DNA of 24,557 nt from Armatimonadota bacterium. Its GTDB lineage: Bacteria > Armatimonadota > Armatimonadia > Armatimonadales > Armatimonadaceae. The stretch's first letter is position 1; every line of letters begins with the position of its first letter. The position numbers and the translations under genes were made by a program. Shown here piece by piece: positions 17,680 through 24,557 of the stretch. The DNA lies in contig JAYUUO010000266.1 in assembly GCA_043754515.1 (NCBI GenBank), positions 1 to 24,557 on the forward strand. The letters are read 5' to 3'. The notes below the pieces were generated by a model. That model searched no databases and was not told the origin of the DNA. It worked only from the letters and a program-made list of their open reading frames with translations.

Positions 17680-18613
17680 ATGCCCGATGCTACGCCGCAG
17701 ACCGCCGCCCAGTACTTAGATCAATGGCCCATCGCCACCACTATTGGGGGGGAATGGTTCCCTTACCTAATCCCCGGCGCGGGACAAGCCGAGCTCCTCC
17801 AGTTACTCGAGGGGCGCATTACGCATCCTTATGACCCAAAACAGTTCTTTCACGCGGCGACCTTTTTGAGCGAGGCATGCCGACTGACGCCAGAGATAAT
17901 CAAGTCCGGCTTCCGCAACGCCGTGCGTGCCTCGTCGGTCATTCCCGCACTCCTGAAAGCGTGTGATACGGACGGCTCTTTTGCCAGTCGCCACTCCACT
18001 ATTCATACGCTGGCGATGGTCAGTTCAGGGGATGTGGTGCCGGGATTCGAAGCCGTGCTGTGTAATCGTCGCGATACCGATCCACTTCTTCTGCCAAAGC
18101 TCATCCTCGAAATCGGCTGGCTGGGCGGAGATTCGGATCGGGCGTCGCATCACGTCGCGTCAAGTACCCAGTATCTCTCATGCTGGTCGCTCCTAAATAA
18201 TTTTCTTCGGGGCAAGCCCCGAGGTATTTGCAGGACGGTGACCCGATAGTCCCCTAGAAGACTATGTCGCCTGAAAGCGGCATAGACGCCCAAAACAGGA
18301 ACGGTGCAAGCACTGGGGTATTGGACCCGCCGCGCTTTCAGCGAATAACTCAAGTGCGAGGGATGACATCCCGTTGCTAACGCGTTTCGCAGGCGATCCC
18401 GACCCGAATATCGTTGCAGAAGCGCGTCATCGGCTCGCCTACCGGGAGTTACGCGAGCGTAAGGGTGCCACCCGCTTGCATGACGCGGAGGCACCGTTGA
18501 CCTTCGAGTTTCTTGTGTTGCGCTTCTACCACGGCCTAGCGTGGCAGGACTACACGGTCTCTGAACTCGACGCATTCGTGCATGACGAGGTCGCCCGTAG
18601 GAGTGGTGCGTAG
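17680..18613 (+). pseudogene. Disrupted HEAT-repeat-like hypothetical gene
   Basis: ORFs 17680-18249 and 18374-18613 are in different frames. Both have HEAT-like segments (VIPALLKAC...SRHSTIHTLA; LLTRFAGDPDPNIVAEARHRL). Confidence 0.5.
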
Positions 18614-18653
18614 GAACACATGCGTATTCCGCGCCGCCGAAACGCGTCAGGAC

Positions 18654-19679
18654 CTATCCCCGAACCAGAGGCGCGACACGCGTACCGAGTATCTCAATGG
18701 CATGTAGCATCTTCGCCTGCGGAACAGCGGCGGCGTTCATCTGGAACGTCACGCGTGAAATCCCGCCCAGGTCGTTGCTCACGCGCAGGATCTTTGCCGC
18801 CACCGTTTCGGCATCGCCGACGAGTAACGCGCCCGCCGGGCCACGCCCCGCGTCGAACTGCCGACGCGTGGTCGGGGGCCAGCCGCGCTCCTTGCCGATG
18901 TTGGTGAACATGTGCGCGTAGCCAGGGTAGAACTCGTCTGCCGCCTGCTCTGTCGTATCGGCGACGTAGCCGAGCGAATGGACGCCGACGAGTAGCTTAT
19001 CGGCCGAATGCCCCGCGCGAAGACCCGTCTCGCGGTACAGGTCAACCAGAGGGCGGAACTGACGCGGTTCGCCGCCGATGATCGCGACCATGAGCGGCAG
19101 ACCGAGCATTCCGGCGCGGGCGAACGAGTTCGGCGTTCCGCCCACGCCGAGCCAGATCGGGAGCGGGTTCTGCAAGGGGCGGGGGTAGATCCCCTGCCCC
19201 GTGAGCGCGGCGCGGTGATTGCCGACCCAATGGATGTGGCTGTTGTTTCTGATCTTCAGGAGCAGATCAAGTTTCTCGGCAAACAGCGAGTTGTAATCGT
19301 CCAGTTCGAGGCCGAAGAGCGGAAAGGCTTCGGTGAACGAGCCGCGCCCGGCGACGATTTCCGCCCGGCCCTGTGACAGTAGATCCAGCGTCGCGAACTC
19401 CTGAAAGACCCGCACCGGGTCGGCGGCACTCAGCACCGTGACGGCACTGGTGAGGCGAATTTGCTTAGTGCGCATGGCGGCCGCGGCGAGGAGCACGGCG
19501 GGCGCGGAGTCGAGAAACTCGCCCCGGTGGTGTTCGCCGATGCCGAATACGTCTAAGCCGACCCGGTCGGCGGTCTCGATTTCCTCCATCAAGTCCCGGA
19601 TGCGCTCGACAGGGCTGAGGGTGATCCCGGTCGTGGAATCCGGGAGCGTAGCGACAAAGCTATCAATGCCTATCTGCAT
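18654..19679 (-). CDS. LLM-class flavin-dependent oxidoreductase (luciferase-like)
   Basis: Motifs GLDVFGIGEHHR, IRLTSAVTVLSAADPVRVFQEFATLD and GRGSFTEAFPLFG, with a GGAG SD. Confidence 0.94.
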   Translation of the reverse strand: MQIGIDSFVATLPDSTTGITLSPVERIRDLMEEIETADRVGLDVFGIGEHHRGEFLDSAPAVLLAAAAMRTKQIRLTSAVTVLSAADPVRVFQEFATLDLLSQGRAEIVAGRGSFTEAFPLFGLELDDYNSLFAEKLDLLLKIRNNSHIHWVGNHRAALTGQGIYPRPLQNPLPIWLGVGGTPNSFARAGMLGLPLMVAIIGGEPRQFRPLVDLYRETGLRAGHSADKLLVGVHSLGYVADTTEQAADEFYPGYAHMFTNIGKERGWPPTTRRQFDAGRGPAGALLVGDAETVAAKILRVSNDLGGISRVTFQMNAAAVPQAKMLHAIEILGTRVAPLVRG

Positions 19680-19726
19680 GAGGACGCTCCTGTGACAGAA
19701 CTGATTTTAGGGCTACTCTCTGGTTA

Positions 19727-20011
19727 TTACTTTACGGCTGTTATCGCAAACAATTGCTTCCCGTATTCGACGATTTTGTCCCGCATTATTTACCAAGGAA
19801 CCTTTAGGCGATCAAGCGCAACGCGATTCTCTTCGGTCATCCGCAGATATTCCGCGCGGAGGTGCCGTGTCTCGGTTCGGAGTTGTTCGGTTTTGAGGAG
19901 ACCGCGCCCTATTTGCTCGTTCAACACGCTCATGTCCCGAAGGAGTTGATCGGCAATTGCTTCCTGCACGGAGAAGTCGCTGGTTGTCTGGTGGATGGAT
20001 TAGTCATTCAT
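19727..20011 (-). pseudogene. Decayed pair of small coiled-coil ORFs
   Basis: 20011-19790 reads MND*SIHQTTSDFSVQEAIADQLLRDMSVLNEQIGRGLLKTEQLRTETRHLRAEYLRMTEENRVALDRLKVPW, with TAA at codon 4 and a GAGG SD. It is followed 3 nt later by MRDKIVEYGKQLFAITAVK* (19786-19727). Confidence 0.45.
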
Positions 20012-20124
20012 CGCCTCGCTGGAATATTTTATCACAACGCTTTTTGTGGCCAAACGCCCGACTGTCACCGTCTGAGTGTCGCGCCTCATACGGTAAGGTC
20101 AATCGCTAAAATCTGATGGGTACG

Positions 20125-20159
20125 AAAAATAGGATCCCCTGTCAAATGGCAGGGGATCC
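20125..20159 (-). terminator. Rho-independent terminator after lon
   Basis: GGATCCCCTGCCA-TT-TGACAGGGGATCC-TATTTTT. Confidence 0.85.
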
Positions 20160-20189
20160 CGTTCAACTTGTCAAACCCTCTCGCTATCT

Positions 20190-22811
20190 CTACTTCCCCG
20201 CCGCGTGCGCCGGTGGCCCCGTCGGCTGCGGGATGTCGGGCGGGATCGGCGTATCCATCGTCACCGGGGCGGACCCGGTGACTAACTTCTCGCTCCGACC
20301 GCTCGCTTTTACCTTGACCTGCGTCGGCGCGACCGGCTTCTCCAGCGCGAACGCCAGCACCTCGTCCACCGTGCGCGCGAACTCGAACGTCATCCCCTCG
20401 CGCAGTTCCGCCGGGATGTCCTCGTCCAGATCCTTGCGATTGCGCTCCGGCAGGATCACGGTCTTGATACCCGCTCGCTTTGCCGCCAGCACCTTTTCTT
20501 TAATGCCACCGACCGGGAGCACCTTGCCCGTCAGCGTCACCTCACCGGTCATCGCCAGAGCGGGCTTGACCGGGCGCCCGGATAGAAGCGAGGTCATCGC
20601 CGTGGTCAGCGTCACGCCCGCCGACGGCCCGTCTTTCGGGATTGCGCCCGCCGGGACGTGGATGTGTATCTCGGTGTCGTTCCAGAACTTCGGGTCAATC
20701 CCGAAATCCGCCGCGTGCGAGCGAACGTAGGACAGCGCGGTTTTGGCCGACTCCTGCATCACGCTACCGAGTTGCCCCGTCAGTTGCAGGTTCTTGCCGC
20801 CGTCCATCTTCTGCGCCTCGATGAATATCACGTCGCCGCCGACCGGCGTCCAGACGAGTCCCGTGACCACGCCGGGAATCCCGGTGCGCTCCTCAATCTC
20901 CTCGTACTCGTAGCGTGGCGCGCCCAGGTAGTTCTTGACCTTCGTCGAGTCTACCCGCACCGGCTCCATGTTGCCCTCCGCGAACGCGCGAGTGACCTTG
21001 CGGAACACCGAAGCGATCTCGCGCTCTAGATTACGCACCCCGGCTTCGCGGGTATACCCGCGCACCAGCGTCGTCAGCCCGTCGTCGGTGAACGTCACCT
21101 TCTCCGGGTCCAGCCCGTGTTCGCCGAGCTGCTTGGGCACCAGGTGTTGCCGCGCTATCGCCACCTTCTCCTGCTCGGTGTAGCCCGCGATCTCGATGAT
21201 CTCCATCCGGTCGCGGAGTGGCCCCGATATGTTCTCCAAGTTGTTCGCGGTGCATACGAACAGCACCTTCGACAGGTCGAACGGCACGTCGAGGTAGTTG
21301 TCCCGGAACGTATGGTTCTGCTCCGGGTCCAGCACTTCAAGTAGCGCGGACGACGGGTCTCCCCGGAAGTCCGAGGACACCTTGTCAATCTCGTCCAGCA
21401 TGAAGAGCGGGTTGTTGGTCTCCGCGCGCTTCAGGTTCTGGATGATCTGCCCTGGCATCGCGCCGATATATGTGCGCCGGTGGCCGCGAATCTCGGCCTC
21501 GTCGCGCAACCCGCCGAGTGAGATGCGGTGAAACTTCTTGCCGAGGGCACGGGCGATGGAACGGCCGAGCGACGTTTTGCCGACTCCCGGAGGGCCGGAC
21601 AGACACAGGATAGGCTGGCGAGTCGTACCCTCCTTCTTGAACTTGCGAACCGATAGGTACTCAAGGATGCGGTCCTTAACTTTCCCCAAGCCGTGGTGGT
21701 CCTCGTCCAGAACACGCTTGACCTCGGCGATGTCGAGATTATCGTCGCTCGACTTGATCCACGGCAGGGTCGCGAGCAGGTCAATATAGGTGCGCGACAC
21801 AGTGTATTCGGGCGCGCCCGGCGACATCCGTTGCAGACGATCGAGTTCGCGGTCGGCTTCCTTACGGGCCTCCTCCGGCATCCCCGAGTCTTCCACCTTC
21901 TTTTTAAGCTCCTCAATCTCCTGGCCGCGCTCATCGCCCTAGCCGAGTTCCTTCTGAATCGCCTTGAGTTGCTCCCGCAGGTAGTACTCGCGCTGGGCTT
22001 TGCCCATCTCGCCCGCTACCTGATTCTGCAAATTGGCACCGAGTTCCAGCACCTGCGCCTCTCGGGTCAGGAAGCCAAGCAACTTGGTCATGCGCTCCTT
22101 GACGTTCAGGGTTTGCAACACCTCGATCTTGTCAGCCGTCGAGAGCCGCCCGACGTGGGCCGCCATCAGGTCGGTCGCGACGCTCGGCTGCTCGATGCCC
22201 GCGATGTTCTTCAGCTCGTCGGGCATATCCTGCGACAGGTCAACGATCCGCGTGAACAGGCCGGCGAGTTGTCGCTTCAGCGCCTCGATCTCTACGGAAT
22301 CTTCCGGGACGGTTTCGTCGTCTAGCAGACGCACTCGCGCCGTCATATACGGGTCGGTGCCGGCGACCTGTAGTATCTGGAAGCGTTGCAAGCCCTGGAC
22401 GATGAGCCGGGTCGCGTCTTGCCCCTTGCCCATCATGCGGATGGCTACCGCGACGCCCATTGGGTAGATGTCGCCGGGTCCGGGTGTCTCCGTAGCGGGG
22501 TCGCGCTGCGTGACCATGCCGATGATTCGGTTGCCGCCGACGACCGAGTCGTCGATAAGCTTGACGAACTGATCCCGCCCGACCGCTATAGGCGCGACAA
22601 GCATCGGGAATACCACCGCGTCCCGGAGGGGGAGCAAATTCAGTTCGTCGGGGATAGTGATGTGGTCATTCCCCTCACCCTGGCCAACCCGCACCGTCTC
22701 GTCGCCGTCGCTTCGGGCGAGATCTTCCAGTATGTTCCCGATCTCCTCGTTTGTATCGCCGCCGACGAGGACGCCCGCTAGCGGCTCTTTAGTATCATTA
22801 TCGTTACTCAT
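20190..22811 (-). pseudogene. lon: ATP-dependent Lon protease interrupted by one in-frame TAG at 21939-21941
   Basis: N-domain (LLPLRDAVVFP, QREYYLREQLKAIQKELG), then TAG, then in-frame [21 protein letters not shown]. Walker A GPPGVGKT, Walker B LDEIDK, catalytic PKDGPSAG and GGIKEK are all intact. Functional status is uncertain. Confidence 0.9.
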
Positions 22812-22824
22812 TTTATCTCCTAAG

Positions 22825-23280
22825 TTAGCTTGCCTGAACTTCGATCGGGATCGAACGGGATGCCGTTTTCGCCGCCCGCCGGGGCAACGTAATGGTCAAA
22901 AACCCTTCCTTCAGCGACGCGCCGATTCGGTCCCGGTCGCTCTCGAACTCACCTGGTATGGTGCACGTTCGCTCGAACGGGCCGAAGTAAATCTCCAACT
23001 GATGGCAACCGGTGCGCGGGGCGCGCTCCGACAAAGGCTCGGAGCGTACTCCCGCGACAGTCAATCGCCGACCGTCGCCGGACAGCGAGACCTGTATATT
23101 CTCGGCGGTGACGCCCGCTAACTCCATCTTGATGACGATGCCCGCCTCTGTCTCGTGGATGTCCGCTCCCGGTTGCCAGAAGCGGTTCGGGGTCTCTAAA
23201 AACCCGAATGCTTCCTCCGTAAAACGGTGCATGTCGTATTCCATCTGCCGCATCAGATCGCGGTAATCGCGCCAAGCCAT
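22825..23280 (-). CDS. Hsp20/alpha-crystallin small heat shock protein
   Basis: Motifs WQPGADIHET, MELAGV, EIYFGPFER and ASLKEGFLTITLPR. GGAG SD, 13 nt upstream of lon. Confidence 0.93.
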   Translation of the reverse strand: MAWRDYRDLMRQMEYDMHRFTEEAFGFLETPNRFWQPGADIHETEAGIVIKMELAGVTAENIQVSLSGDGRRLTVAGVRSEPLSERAPRTGCHQLEIYFGPFERTCTIPGEFESDRDRIGASLKEGFLTITLPRRAAKTASRSIPIEVQAS

Positions 23281-23322
23281 CGTTAGTTATCGCTCCCCAT
23301 ATTACTATATACTCGATATTTC

Positions 23323-23351
23323 ATTGAGCGTTCCACGCTCATATTGTATCA
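23323..23351 (-). promoter_or_regulatory. HAIR-like (HspR) inverted repeat abutting an extended -10 of hsp20-lon
   Basis: ATTGAGC-N7-GCTCATA (23323-23343) versus the HAIR consensus CTTGAGT-N7-ACTCAAG. Minus-strand TGATACAAT at 23351-23343. Confidence 0.6.
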
Positions 23352-23544
23352 CTGAGAGAAACAAGTCGCCGTTGTCAAGCGACTTCATCTAGCACACCCT
23401 TGCACATCGGTGTACGTTGGAATACACGAAACACGCCCGCGCCGTTCCCCGCGAGGGGCCAGATGGGAATGTCATGCCCGGCCACTTTTAGGACTTTCGC
23501 CTTATTCGCGGATGAGGGATCGGACGGGAACGAACCATACCGGT

Positions 23545-23880
23545 ATGCAAAACGGCTAGCCCTTGGTGGTCATGCCAAAGACCCACTGTGGGGAACGGCA
23601 ACCGCCGGGGGATAAGCGGTAAGCCATTGCCTGGCGAGGTCGCCCTGTTTGCGAAGGCGGGTGACGCGGCAGTGATCAACTCCGCGGTCTGGCACTCCGG
23701 GTCGCGCAACAAGAGCGCGACCCGGAAGCGGCGCGCGATCTATCTGTATTACGGCTACTGGTGGCCGGAGTGCTTCGAATCGGAGACCGCGCTACCGTGG
23801 CAGGCACTACAAGGCGCGAGCCAGCAGCGGCTCGAACTACTCGGCATCAAAATGCCACATCCGAGTATTCATGAGTTAGG
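23545..23880 (+). pseudogene. Phytanoyl-CoA dioxygenase (PhyH)-family C-terminal remnant
   Basis: NG*PLVVMPKTH (cf. NGPL-x-V-x-PGSH) in one frame, then KAGDAAVINSAVWHSGSRNKS..RRAIYLYY in another. No N-terminal HxD region was found. Confidence 0.65.
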
Positions 23881-23975
23881 AGTTACGCGGTTGGCGGTTT
23901 CGGATGCCCGTATTCGCGCCGTCCCACCCGCAAGCGGGTACCCGACGTCCGGCGCGGAACGCGTCTAGAGAGGCA

Positions 23976-24014
23976 ATCGTCAAAACAAGTTTTGACTGTA
24001 CTTGTTTTGCCGAT
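23976..24014. repeat. Nested palindrome/hairpin
   Basis: ATCGTCAAAACAAGT-9 nt-ACTTGTTTTGCCGAT (14/15), overlapping the perfect GTCAAAAC-aa-GTTTTGAC. Confidence 0.7.
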
Positions 24015-24019
24015 GACGT

Positions 24020-24363
24020 GGTTTCGACCCGCGTTCCTTGACGAACCGCGTAACTCCTAATGAGTATACAGTCGCGGCGGGTTAGTCGGGCGGGACGGCG
24101 ATACGGGGTCCCGGCGTCGCGTTGCCTCCGCGTCCACTGGCACGCGAGGCATCCGCAGATGGTGGGTGGCGAAGTTCGGCTCTTCTGAGCACGATTGACT
24201 AGGAGAAATCGCCGATCACGCTCATGCCGGTTCGTAGCACCGAGGAGATCAAGGGCGCACTGTGCGTGGTCGGGCGGATTTGATATGTCGGGGTAGCCCG
24301 AAGTTAGCATCGCGATTTCCCACGTGCGCCTGGTCGCGCGGTCTCGAACGCGGGTTCGAAACC
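24020..24363. repeat. ~345-bp non-coding segment bounded by 17/18-bp inverted repeats
   Basis: GGTTTCGA-CCCGCGTTC (24020-24036) versus GAACGCGGGTTCGAAACC (24346-24363), differing by one indel. Confidence 0.65.
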
Positions 24364-24423
24364 TCAGTAACCAGACCGAAAGTTACCGACCAAGCATCCA
24401 CGAAGCACCGCAAGGAGGTCACC

Positions 24424-24557
24424 TTACGCATCCCGAAGCGCGGCGAGCAACGTCTCCTCGTCCCACGAGTCATCGAAGCGCGTGCCGTTGATGAAAAACG
24501 TCGGGGTCCCATTCACGCCGGAACGCACGCCGGACAGGAACTCCATCTCGATCCGCT
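24424..24557 (-). CDS. DsbA/thioredoxin-fold protein, 3' end (partial)
   Basis: Manual translation gives RIEMEFLSGVRSGVNGTPTFFINGTRFDDSWDEETLLAALRDA*, containing the GV-x-GTPTFFING motif. Confidence 0.88.
   Translation of the reverse strand, partial: RIEMEFLSGVRSGVNGTPTFFINGTRFDDSWDEETLLAALRDA

Noticed and set aside
21939..21941. Genome-wide TAG recoding or pyrrolysine as explanation for the lon stop
   Set aside because: TAG is the normal terminator of several intact genes here (miaB, DUF1800, LLM, lon itself, GT-C), and no pyl genes are in the window.
23389..23415. CIRCE-like half site CTAGCACAC upstream of hsp20
   Set aside because: There is no matching GAGTGCTAA arm at 9-nt spacing.
24009..24373. 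tmRNA-like look: GATGACGTGGTTTCGAC at the 5' side, GCGGGTTCGAAA...ACCA at the 3' side, ~365 nt
   Set aside because: There is no GGGG 5' end, no pairing acceptor stem, the T-stem does not close, and no tag ORF ending in ALAA-like residues was found. The two motifs instead pair with each other.
1..24557. CRISPR array, tRNA/rRNA, integrase or transposase
   Set aside because: No regularly spaced direct repeats, cloverleaf or recombinase motifs were seen by eye.

Overview
GC-rich bacterial chromosomal window. A tentative Armatimonadota-like lineage is an impression only and was not tested. From left to right it holds: the 5' end of tsf and rpsB (with promoter, S2-type leader and a long C-terminal tail); a GH26 mannanase; a GT-C membrane glycosyltransferase; a secreted DUF3370-like protein; a redoxin plus HEXXH protein pair; a frameshifted GrpB; an aldo/keto reductase; and miaB. 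Next is an apparently lower-GC accessory patch (~11.0-13.6 kb) with a small beta-rich ORF plus a dCTP deaminase, and two paralogous lipoproteins separated by a truncated Rhs-core start. The right part has a DUF1800/DUF1501 operon, a broken HEAT-like gene, an LLM oxidoreductase, a decayed coiled-coil pair, an hsp20-lon operon with a HAIR-like operator and an in-frame TAG inside lon, a PhyH remnant, a ~350-nt inverted-repeat-bounded non-coding element and the 3' end of a DsbA-like gene. The best candidates for new biology are the small-ORF + dcd module (possible nucleotide-depletion defence or toxin-antitoxin-like unit), the Rhs/lipoprotein cassette, the split lon and the IR-bounded element. All family assignments come from motif recognition by eye, and no searches were run.
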